From Bdellovibrionota bacterium (lineage in GTDB: Bacteria > Bdellovibrionota_C > UBA2361 > CAKMMH01): a stretch of 64,000 nt of DNA. The translations under genes were made by a program, and so were the position numbers. The notes under the pieces are model-generated. The model saw nothing but the letters and a program-made list of their open reading frames with translations. It was not told the DNA's origin and searched no databases. The DNA is taken from assembly GCA_050952645.1 (NCBI GenBank), contig JBMNLI010000017.1, forward strand, positions 32,001 through 96,000, written 5' to 3'. Of this stretch, positions 51,026-60,159 are shown piece after piece. Every line of letters begins with the position of its first letter. The stretch's first letter is position 1.

Positions 51026-52600
51026 TTAAAAGCTAGTTCTTGTGAGCAATTTTACGACTTTATAATTTGACACTTTATAGCCACTTTCTTTTGCTAGCCT
51101 TTGTAAATTATCCCCTTTATCTCTATATCCTAAAATAAGGTATCTTAAAGTTCTGCTTTCTATAAGTTTTGATAAATCTTCATTAGAATAAAAAATCTTA
51201 TACCTTTCTATTTCCTCTTTAGTTAATTTATGCGCTATATTTCTAGCAAAATGATTCTCTAACCCTTGCAAGCTTAAAACATCCATACCTATTAAATACC
51301 CTGGCCAAGATGAAAATATTAGTAGTTTCTCATTTCCTTTTCTCTTCCCATCTTCTAAATACACATAGCTAGCTACATTTTTTATTTGCTCATCTAAATT
51401 TTTAGGGCGCCAAAGTGTCGGTTCTTTTCTCGTGTATATCCCCGATACATTTATGCCAGTTAATGTATATCTTTGAAACTCTACTACTGAGTTTATTAAA
51501 TAAAAAGCTAGCACTAGGCTAAATAAAAACTTATAAACTTGCATATTTAAAAAATTTTTTTCATTTATACATATGTAAATTATAAGAAACGGAATCACTA
51601 CTACGAAATACTGCGCAAATACTGGAGTAGGTAAAAATGATACTAAAAACAATAATATTATTAAATATAGATATATACTTTTAAAATCTATTTTTTTAAG
51701 ACACATTAAGAAAAACAAAAGAGCAAACTGCAAGCTTATATCCCCAGTGTTTTCAACTCCTGAAAAAAAAGAATAAAATTTTTTTATCTTTTGATGAAAT
51801 CCAGAGATAAGCCCTGCTCTATTTCTTAGAGCGTGGTACGTTAAATTATTAAAAATAAACTCATTAAAATGCACAATCATTACGTAAAGCGTTGGAATAA
51901 ATCCTACTAAATTACCTAAAAGCAATAACTTTACTAACCTAGTAAATTCTTTTTTATCAAGCTCGTTATCAAGCTCGTTATCAAGCTTGTTATCAAGCTT
52001 GTTATCAAGCTTATTTCTATTATCAAAATATAAGAATGCTAAAAATATAAACTCGCAAAGAACTACATAACTTCTAATTTGAAAAGCTATAGATAGGAAA
52101 AAGCCTATAAGAAAATATTTATACTTAAGCTTACTTTCATAAACTCTTAAAGCTAATAGTAAAAATAAAATTGCTAAGGAATAATTTTTTATAATTGAAA
52201 AATATGCTATTACTAAATCACTCGATATATAAAGCAATACACCTAAAAGCCCACTTAATATATTTCTCTTTACCCTTATTATATCAAAGATTAAATATCC
52301 AATTAACGCTGCTACTAGAGCAGAAAATAATCTTAAAATTTGCCAAGATTCTCCTAAAACATAACTCCAAGCGGCAAGAAAATATGGGTATAAAAATGCT
52401 TGAGGAAAAAAGAAATCTTTATAAGGAGTTTGTCCTTGCAACACGGCCTTACCTGCATAAGCAAAATAGCCCTCATCTCCTGCGATAAAACGAAGGTCGA
52501 CCGCTACTACATAAAAATATATAAGTAAAAATATTACGACAAGATTTGAAGATAAAGCCGTAGCATGCTTTTTATTTAATGTTTTCATTAAATTTTTCAT
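51026..52600 (-). CDS. ArnT/PMT-like (GT-C) membrane glycosyltransferase
   Basis: DEG.F motif after the first TM, G..PYKDFF, many TMs; start moved to ATG 52600 (AAGGA upstream), overlapping the sufU end. Confidence 0.72.
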   Translation of the reverse strand: MKNLMKTLNKKHATALSSNLVVIFLLIYFYVVAVDLRFIAGDEGYFAYAGKAVLQGQTPYKDFFFPQAFLYPYFLAAWSYVLGESWQILRLFSALVAALIGYLIFDIIRVKRNILSGLLGVLLYISSDLVIAYFSIIKNYSLAILFLLLALRVYESKLKYKYFLIGFFLSIAFQIRSYVVLCEFIFLAFLYFDNRNKLDNKLDNKLDNELDNELDKKEFTRLVKLLLLGNLVGFIPTLYVMIVHFNEFIFNNLTYHALRNRAGLISGFHQKIKKFYSFFSGVENTGDISLQFALLFFLMCLKKIDFKSIYLYLIILLFLVSFLPTPVFAQYFVVVIPFLIIYICINEKNFLNMQVYKFLFSLVLAFYLINSVVEFQRYTLTGINVSGIYTRKEPTLWRPKNLDEQIKNVASYVYLEDGKRKGNEKLLIFSSWPGYLIGMDVLSLQGLENHFARNIAHKLTKEEIERYKIFYSNEDLSKLIESRTLRYLILGYRDKGDNLQRLAKESGYKVSNYKVVKLLTRTSF

Positions 52601-53078
52601 TACATTCCTTACCGCAATGCTCACAGTTAGGTTTTTTATAATGCCCAGATTTATAATCAACAAGGGCCCGCTTTACGGCTTCCCACCCTAACATTGCACA
52701 TTTTATTCTAGCAGAAAATTTCCTAACGCCTGAAAGCGAAGTTAAATCACCTAGCTTTTCTAGCTCTTCCTCTCTTTTTTCACCTTTTAGCATATTTTGA
52801 TAAAGTTCAAAAAGAGCTTCGGCAGTTTCTATGTCTTTTCCCTCTAATAACTCGCACATCATAGAAGCGGCAGCTTGGCTTATCGAACACCCTTTCCCAG
52901 AAAAAGCGATCTTTTTGATTTTACTATCTTCTATTTTCACACACACATTTATTTGATCACCACATAAAGGATTATACAAATTAGCACTAGTGTTAGAATC
53001 ATCTAAAGAGCCAAAACATCTAGGGTTTTTAAAATGATCAACTATTACCTCTTGGTACAACTCATCTAACTCAGACAT
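52572..53078 (-). CDS. sufU: SufU/NifU-family Fe-S assembly protein
   Basis: LYQEVIVDH..NPR, NPLCGD, GCSISQA.ASMM, RIKCAML.WEA. Confidence 0.92.
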   Translation of the reverse strand: MSELDELYQEVIVDHFKNPRCFGSLDDSNTSANLYNPLCGDQINVCVKIEDSKIKKIAFSGKGCSISQAAASMMCELLEGKDIETAEALFELYQNMLKGEKREEELEKLGDLTSLSGVRKFSARIKCAMLGWEAVKRALVDYKSGHYKKPNCEHCGKECNEKFNENIK

Positions 53079-53267
53079 CTGCTACCTACTATTAAAATTA
53101 AATTAAAATTTCTTGTTTACTTATAATACGCTATTAGTTTATTACTTATTATTTTAATAATCAAGTAACAAACTAAAGGATGTTAAGCCTTTTAAAATTA
53201 TCTCTGTTTTATTATAATAATTTATTACGAAAGAAAAAGTTATTTGAAAAAATGGAGCATAAAAGCT

Positions 53268-53663
53268 ATGGATATACAAACCGATAACTCTTGCATCATA
53301 TGTGGGAAAAATAATAAACACGGATTAAATGTAAAATTTACTCTAGATAAAGAAAACAAGACCGCATTTACTAACGTTACGATTGGCAAAATGTTTAACG
53401 GATATGATGGTATCGTTCACGGTGGGATAGTTTGCGCTCTGCTAGATGAGGCCGGATTTTACGCAGCTAGAACTCTCGATGTTATCACGGTAACTATGAG
53501 TTTAAACACTAAATTTAAAAAACCCACCCCTATAAATACAGAACTATACTTAGAGGGAAAGGTTCTAGAGAGACGCTCTAGAAGCGTTATCACTCATTCT
53601 AAAATTATGCTAGGTAGCAATGTTTTAGCTGAAGCTAAAGGAGAGTTTTTTATTAAAAAATAA
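53268..53663 (+). CDS. PaaI-family hot-dog thioesterase
   Basis: CIICG..N.HGL, GYDGIVHGGIVCALLDE; GGAG RBS before ATG 53268. Confidence 0.88.
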   Translation: MDIQTDNSCIICGKNNKHGLNVKFTLDKENKTAFTNVTIGKMFNGYDGIVHGGIVCALLDEAGFYAARTLDVITVTMSLNTKFKKPTPINTELYLEGKVLERRSRSVITHSKIMLGSNVLAEAKGEFFIKK

Positions 53664-53693
53664 TTTTTTTAAGAAACTTACTAAAATTTATAT

Positions 53694-54245
53694 TTAAAGC
53701 ATTTTGTAAAATAAATATTTTAGAATCATAAATGATGTAGATTTTTGACTAGTACCAATGACGCTAAGTTCGCAAAGGACTTTTTCTTTATTTACCTCTT
53801 GCTTCCTTTTGCTTTTTATACAAACACCTCGCCTTACATTATTATTTTTAGGAATGTTTCTAAGAGACATAAATGGCAATTTTTTAAATCTAATCTTATC
53901 TATAAGATTATCTCGTTTAATATAATTTTCAACGCATCCTTCATCGTCTACAATTACGTAAGCTATATCATCTTTTTGTTGTTTTAAGTCTGTAAATAAT
54001 TTATTGTAAAAAGCCTTATCTTTCTTATCTAAAAAACTAACTTTTACATTTTGACGTTTAGTCCCGTTTTTAACATCTGCCTTAACATCTACTATAAATC
54101 CCCTATCGCACTTTCCATTTTTGCAATATAAGTGTGCTTGATAGCCCTCAAGAAGATCTTCTTCTTGCATATATGCTGGAAAAGCAATAATAGAAATTAG
54201 AAACAATACACTAATGTAAGATAATAAAAATAATAACCGTTTCAT
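53694..54245 (-). CDS. Hypothetical exported protein
   Basis: Signal peptide-like N-terminus, AGGA RBS, several Cys. Confidence 0.55.
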   Translation of the reverse strand: MKRLLFLLSYISVLFLISIIAFPAYMQEEDLLEGYQAHLYCKNGKCDRGFIVDVKADVKNGTKRQNVKVSFLDKKDKAFYNKLFTDLKQQKDDIAYVIVDDEGCVENYIKRDNLIDKIRFKKLPFMSLRNIPKNNNVRRGVCIKSKRKQEVNKEKVLCELSVIGTSQKSTSFMILKYLFYKML

Positions 54246-54464
54246 ATAATATCCTAAAATATTAGCTCTAAAATATTTAATCTACACTCAAATATTTAAG
54301 ATTATAAAAAACTGCGATAAGTTTCACTTTTTTTCGATTTTACTTGATTTTACTTGATTTTATAGCCTAAAAAAGGGTAAAATGATTAACTTGTGTTGTA
54401 TTTTTTTTGAAATATTTTAGTAAAATTTTAAGAGATAATAAACAAAACAAAAAAAACAAAAAAA

Positions 54465-56510
54465 ATGACTCTATCAGATATAGCAAAAAACATAATCGGC
54501 AATGAAGAAAAAATCTTAAGCGATACTTTAGCTAAAATTAAGGAAAGTAGCGTAGATATGGCGAGAAGAACCGATATAGAAAAAGAAAGGGCTAGCGAGC
54601 TTACGAAAGCCTTAGTAAATGCTAAAACTGACGAAGATAGACAACTTTTAGCATCTGATGAGAGCGTTTCTCATAGCCTAGTAGGAAAAAAGTTAGAGCA
54701 AATAGATATATTACATAAGCAATACGACAAACCATACTTTGCAAGGTTTGAGCTTGAAGAGGAGATAAAGGGGCAAAAAACGACCGTTGAATATAAACTA
54801 GGCTTTTATGGAAACACGGATTGCAGAATTATCGATTGGCGAAAAGCTCCCATTTCAAAGCTTTACTATGAATATAAAGAGGGAGAAGAGTTTTTTGAAA
54901 TTATTCAGGGAAAAGAAAGACAAGGCATCGTAAAATTAAAAAATAAATTAGAAATAGAAAAATCAGTTTTAAATAGGATATCTAGTTCAAAAGGAAATTT
55001 TATCAAGAAAGATGGCTCGTGGGAAGAGATGCAAGGTTCGTTTAGAAGCTATGAACAAGGTAGCCAATCGTATCTTCCAAACGTTATTTCTTTAATCACA
55101 GCAGAACAATTTCAAATGATAACAGAGGATGCAAAAACAGCAGTGCTTATTCAAGGAGTTGCAGGTTCTGGGAAAACTACCGTTGCACTTCATAGACTTG
55201 CTTGGCTTTTACATGAGGATAACTCAGACCTGAAAGCACACGAGGTAGTAGTAATAGTGCTTCATAACTCACTAAAATCATTTATCCTTGAAACTTTGCC
55301 ATCTATGGCAATTCATAATGTTAGAATCTTAACTTTCACCGAATGGGCAACAGAGACTATAAAAAACGAACTCCCAGAGCTTTGCAGAGTTGAGGAACAT
55401 ACTCAAAAAACTTACTTAAAAATCGCCACTTCTCCTTGTCCTATTTCTATATCTAGAGTAAAAAGCTCAATGGCGATGCTTAAATCTCTAGAAAGCCACT
55501 TGCTTTATAAAAAATCATCAGGGCAAAAAATAGCCGACCCATTAAAAGAGATCTTAAATTTATTAGCTAATCCTGAAGATTTAATTTCTAGAGATACCAC
55601 TAAACTAATCTCTAGAGAGATTATAAAACAAAGCTATGAGAGAAGTGTAGTAAATTTTCAAAACAATCAAATCGATGAATCAGATATTCCACTTATACTA
55701 AGACTTTTACAAATTAAAAACGATGGAGTTTACTTGCCATCAAGGTTAGTAGGAAAATACAAGCATATAGTAGTAGATGAGATACAAGATTTTAGTGCTA
55801 CTAATCTTGCCTGCATAATAGGTGGAGTAGAGACTACGAACGACTTAACTTTAGTAGGCGATATAGCACAAAGTGCAAACGAGGCTTCCTTATTTCCTGG
55901 CTGGGATACGCTAAAAAAAGAGTGGAATTTTAGAGATTCTATGTCTAGGTATATTAGTTTAACTGTAAGCCATCGCTCGACGCTCCCTATTATGAAGCTA
56001 GCAGATTACGTTCAAAACAGGCACCTTGTCAAAACTGGAAGAGCTGGAAGAACTCCTATTTGGTTTCAATCTTTTAGAGAGCAAAAAGGACTTAAGGCTA
56101 TAATAAATTGGCTTTTGCAAGCTACTGAAAAGTATCCATCTGCAACGACTTGTGTAATATGCAGAGATGCGAAAGAAGCAAAGTATGCTTTTTCTTTATT
56201 AGAGCCTACCTTTGGTTCAATAATAAGAGTTGGTGATAAGGATAATTTTTCATTCGCTGAAGGGATTATCGTTACGGAAATATCGGAAATTAAGGGATTA
56301 GAGTTTTGCAATGTTGTGATATGGAATCCTACGACGAAAAGTTATCCAAACGATGAAATATCTAGGAATTTACTTTATATAGCGATTACTAGAGCACAGG
56401 AAAATTTAAATATTACCACTTGGGGCAAGCCCTCTTTACTACTTCCTAATATCAACTCAAAACTCGTTAGAGGCGTTCTTTTAAGCGATGAGATTTTAGA
56501 AGAAAAATGA
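54465..56510 (+). CDS. helD: HelD-like UvrD/SF1 helicase (RNA polymerase recycling ATPase family)
   Basis: PYFAR, IIDWR.APISKLYY, QGVAGSGKTTVALHRLAWLL, VVDEIQD, GDIAQ, KGLEF, LYIAITRA. Confidence 0.78.
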   Translation: MTLSDIAKNIIGNEEKILSDTLAKIKESSVDMARRTDIEKERASELTKALVNAKTDEDRQLLASDESVSHSLVGKKLEQIDILHKQYDKPYFARFELEEEIKGQKTTVEYKLGFYGNTDCRIIDWRKAPISKLYYEYKEGEEFFEIIQGKERQGIVKLKNKLEIEKSVLNRISSSKGNFIKKDGSWEEMQGSFRSYEQGSQSYLPNVISLITAEQFQMITEDAKTAVLIQGVAGSGKTTVALHRLAWLLHEDNSDLKAHEVVVIVLHNSLKSFILETLPSMAIHNVRILTFTEWATETIKNELPELCRVEEHTQKTYLKIATSPCPISISRVKSSMAMLKSLESHLLYKKSSGQKIADPLKEILNLLANPEDLISRDTTKLISREIIKQSYERSVVNFQNNQIDESDIPLILRLLQIKNDGVYLPSRLVGKYKHIVVDEIQDFSATNLACIIGGVETTNDLTLVGDIAQSANEASLFPGWDTLKKEWNFRDSMSRYISLTVSHRSTLPIMKLADYVQNRHLVKTGRAGRTPIWFQSFREQKGLKAIINWLLQATEKYPSATTCVICRDAKEAKYAFSLLEPTFGSIIRVGDKDNFSFAEGIIVTEISEIKGLEFCNVVIWNPTTKSYPNDEISRNLLYIAITRAQENLNITTWGKPSLLLPNINSKLVRGVLLSDEILEEK

Positions 56511-56624
56511 TTATAGAAAAATGATTATAGAAAGAGAGAGAGAAAAAAAAGAGAGAAAAAAAAAGAAAGAGTACCAACAAGACTCCCTACAAATATAATT
56601 TTCTTTAATTTTAAATTTAATTTC

Positions 56625-59600
56625 TTAAAATATCACTATTAACCCTTTCATAGTAGCCTTTAACTGCTCGGCTGTGGCTTCATCGATAAGAGTGCCTCTA
56701 ATATCTAAAACATCTAAGTTTTTTATTTTGCAAAAATATTGGGCAGCATCATTAGTAATATTAGTATTTCTTAAAGATAAATTTTCAATAGAAAGCCAAG
56801 TTAAATAATAAATTCCCTTATCATCTATCTCAGTATCGTTTAAACTTAATAAGTCTAGACTTCTTAACTTTATTAAATTTTTTAAACCTCTAGATGTAAT
56901 ATTCGTTCCATCTAACTTTAACTCTAAAAGCTCAGGGAGCATACGTAAATACTTTAACGCATCATCACTAATGCTAGTTCCCTTTAAGTCTAACTCCTCT
57001 ACTTTACTAAACGCATTATCACTAAATACTTCGAGCATATCATCACATATACCTAAATAAGATAATAAAAGTACCGTGCCATAACATCTTAAATTTCTCT
57101 TAAAATCATTTTTAATATTATTACTAAAATTTTCACTAAGATTACTGCTAAGATTACTGCTAAGATTATTGCGCTTGCTTTTTATATTTATATTCTTATT
57201 TACATCTTCATTTACATCTTCTAAATAATTACTTTGCTCATTAACGCTTTCAACGCTTTCAAAACTTTCATCATAATCTTCTTTCTCATCTTCCTTTAAA
57301 TCTTCTTTATAATATTCTTTATAATATTCTTCATAATCTTCATCGCTGTAATCTTCTTCGTAATCTTCGTTATTATCTTCGCTGTAATCTTCTTTATAAT
57401 CTTCGCTATAATCTTCATCGTAATCTTTAGTGCGAACTTTAGCGTAATCTTTATCTCCATCTATTTTGCCGTATAACTTTTCTACATCCTCTTTGCTAAG
57501 TGAATAATTTTTTCTACTATACGCTATACATTCTTTTGAAAAATCTCTTTTACTAAACTTAGCTACATCTAAAGTAGTAGCTGAAAACGGCGCAGACACT
57601 TCGCTGTTTATAGACATCTTTACATAAATACTTCTTGGTGCTAGGTTCATAATATCATTTTCAGAAACTATCGGAGCTAACTCTTTTGCAAGCCTTGAAG
57701 CATCATCAGCCCCAGTTCCAAATACGACAATATTTGCTATATTTCCAAAAATCGTATCGACAACCTCCACTGGAAGTTGCTTTAAATACTGATTAGCCAT
57801 CGTTAAATTTAATTTATATTTTCTTGCTTCACTTAAAATCTGATTAACAGACTCAGTCATAAAAGAATGAAACTCATCTATATAAAAATAAAAATCTCTT
57901 CTTCTATGTTCAGGAATATCTGCTCTAGACATAGCCGCATGGTATATTTTAAATACGAGCATAGAACCTAGCAAAGATACGTTTTCATCGCCTAAAATTC
58001 CCTTTGGAAGCTTTAAAAGTAGTATTTTATTATTATCTATAATTTCTCTAAAATTAAATTTACTATCTTTTTGTAAAAAAATATTTTCTAAATACTCATT
58101 AGAAACGAAACTATCAATCTTTTCTAGTAGTGGCAAAACGGCTTCATTGTAGAATTTATGTTGCCACTTGTCGAATTCGTTTATAAAAAAATTGCTAGCT
58201 GCACTATCTGGCGTCTTTTTAGCTAAAGCTAACCTAAAATCCTTATCCGTTAATAATTTTTTTATAGATAAAAGCCCTTCATTTTTCGATGATAATACGG
58301 CTAATAATGCACATCTTAAAAGATGTTCAAGATTATCGTTCCAAATAGATGAAAAAATTTTCTTAAACACTTCTATAAACGATGATACAAATGGCAAACG
58401 ATTTCCATTTGAAACATCGTAAAAAGGATTAAACACTACTGGATAATCTATATCTGTAGGGTCGAATATTATAACATCTTTAATTCTATCTCTAGGAATT
58501 ATAGTAAGTAAATTATCTATTAAATCACCATGAGGGTCTAAAACGCAAAGACCAGCTCCACTCATAATATCATTTTTTGCTAAAAGATTTATTAAAGACG
58601 ATTTGCCATTCCCAGATTTACCTAATATGTAAAGATGCCTCCTCCTATCTTCCTTTCTTATTCCAAAATTAATTTTTACATCTCGATAGTCGGTAGTGCC
58701 AAAATATGCAATATTAGGGTCGTATATATCTATAGGCAAATCTTTCGGAGGCGCTACTTTTACCGAAAGAACCGTAGGAATATTAGTTATATTTTCTATA
58801 CTAGGTATATGCCAAATGGTTGCTAGCTCACTAGTTGAAAATAATGAATATTGCTTATCGATTATTCTCTTAAAAAACTTACTTAAATTATCTGCACCAT
58901 ATTTAATAACTCCCATTTTAAACCCATTTAGATCGTGATTATAAGATTTAAACGCATCGGAAATAAGCGACATATTATTATACAATCTTCTAACCGACCT
59001 TTCTCTAGGAGCTAAGCCTTTAGGAATAAACGCTGCCACTCTTATATTAACTGCACATAAAGACGATTTAAAACATTTTTGCTCTGCACTTTTTAAATAC
59101 TCTTCATGTGGCGTATCGTTAATCCAATACTTAACAGTCGTAAGCATTCTTTTTAATCTATCACGCCTAACTTTAGTATTAAATATCCTAGTAAAAAATG
59201 AGCCAACCTTAAAAGGCTTGCACACTATTTGTATTAAAGCACTATCTTCTAATGAAAAACTAGCTAGTTGATTTATTAAATTAGTAAGCGAGTCGGATAA
59301 GAACTCTTGATAACACTTTATAGGGAAAATACTATTTCTTTTTAACTTTAAATTTGCACTTAAAACTTCAAAATTATCTGCATCTATATTCGATAAATAA
59401 TCGGAAATTTCTCTTATATCACAATACGGACTTGCGGCATATAAAACGCCTTTAATATGATTAGCTATATTTTCATTACAAGCAAAAGTAAAATATATTA
59501 TCTGTTTATAACAAAAAATCTCGAATGAAAAAAAATCATTCTTATTTAAAACACTAAAAGTTTCTGCTAAAAGCCCATCAAGAAGCTTAGCAGCATTATT

Positions 59601-59669
59601 TGCACTCTCTGCCACTCCCCCACCGTTTAAATGAGCACTTCTTGGTATATGTATACAAAAGACTTTCAT
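56625..59669 (-). CDS. VirD4/TraG-like (DUF87/TrwB-type) ATPase fused to an acidic linker and leucine-rich repeats
   Basis: DRRRHLYILGKSGNGKS, DPHGDL, YIDEFHSF, LSEARKY.L.LTMANQY, IFGNI, APFSATTL; C-terminal LxxLxLxxTxIxD repeats. Confidence 0.85.
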   Translation of the reverse strand: MKVFCIHIPRSAHLNGGGVAESANNAAKLLDGLLAETFSVLNKNDFFSFEIFCYKQIIYFTFACNENIANHIKGVLYAASPYCDIREISDYLSNIDADNFEVLSANLKLKRNSIFPIKCYQEFLSDSLTNLINQLASFSLEDSALIQIVCKPFKVGSFFTRIFNTKVRRDRLKRMLTTVKYWINDTPHEEYLKSAEQKCFKSSLCAVNIRVAAFIPKGLAPRERSVRRLYNNMSLISDAFKSYNHDLNGFKMGVIKYGADNLSKFFKRIIDKQYSLFSTSELATIWHIPSIENITNIPTVLSVKVAPPKDLPIDIYDPNIAYFGTTDYRDVKINFGIRKEDRRRHLYILGKSGNGKSSLINLLAKNDIMSGAGLCVLDPHGDLIDNLLTIIPRDRIKDVIIFDPTDIDYPVVFNPFYDVSNGNRLPFVSSFIEVFKKIFSSIWNDNLEHLLRCALLAVLSSKNEGLLSIKKLLTDKDFRLALAKKTPDSAASNFFINEFDKWQHKFYNEAVLPLLEKIDSFVSNEYLENIFLQKDSKFNFREIIDNNKILLLKLPKGILGDENVSLLGSMLVFKIYHAAMSRADIPEHRRRDFYFYIDEFHSFMTESVNQILSEARKYKLNLTMANQYLKQLPVEVVDTIFGNIANIVVFGTGADDASRLAKELAPIVSENDIMNLAPRSIYVKMSINSEVSAPFSATTLDVAKFSKRDFSKECIAYSRKNYSLSKEDVEKLYGKIDGDKDYAKVRTKDYDEDYSEDYKEDYSEDNNEDYEEDYSDEDYEEYYKEYYKEDLKEDEKEDYDESFESVESVNEQSNYLEDVNEDVNKNINIKSKRNNLSSNLSSNLSENFSNNIKNDFKRNLRCYGTVLLLSYLGICDDMLEVFSDNAFSKVEELDLKGTSISDDALKYLRMLPELLELKLDGTNITSRGLKNLIKLRSLDLLSLNDTEIDDKGIYYLTWLSIENLSLRNTNITNDAAQYFCKIKNLDVLDIRGTLIDEATAEQLKATMKGLIVIF

Positions 59670-60159
59670 TATATTATTTAATTATTTGATTATATTATCT
59701 AATTATATTAGATAATTATATTTATACAGTTATATTGCATAATTATTAAATTAAATTTTTATACTCTTTTCTCTATTAAATTTTTTTGTACTAATTTTTT
59801 TCTTTACTAATCTTTACTAAAGAGATTTTTATAATAAATTCTCGAAAATTTTATATAAAAATAACTTCTTTTTACGAATAATATATAAAAAAAAGTATTA
59901 TGAATCAGAATATTGATAGAAAAACTTTGATATAACCTTTGAAAACCGAAAAAATGCTTGAAGACTTATTTTGATTCAATTGAAATTTAAAATACACAAC
60001 TAAACGTTAGTTTACATATAAATTAAAAGTTATTCAATAGAGCCACCCCGAAAAATAAAATTTTTAAAAGAAAATATGACTAAAAATACCTTTAAAAACA
60101 AGGGAAGACATCTTTTAAAAGAGCTTAATAAATAACTTATAAAAAAACTTAGAAAAAAC

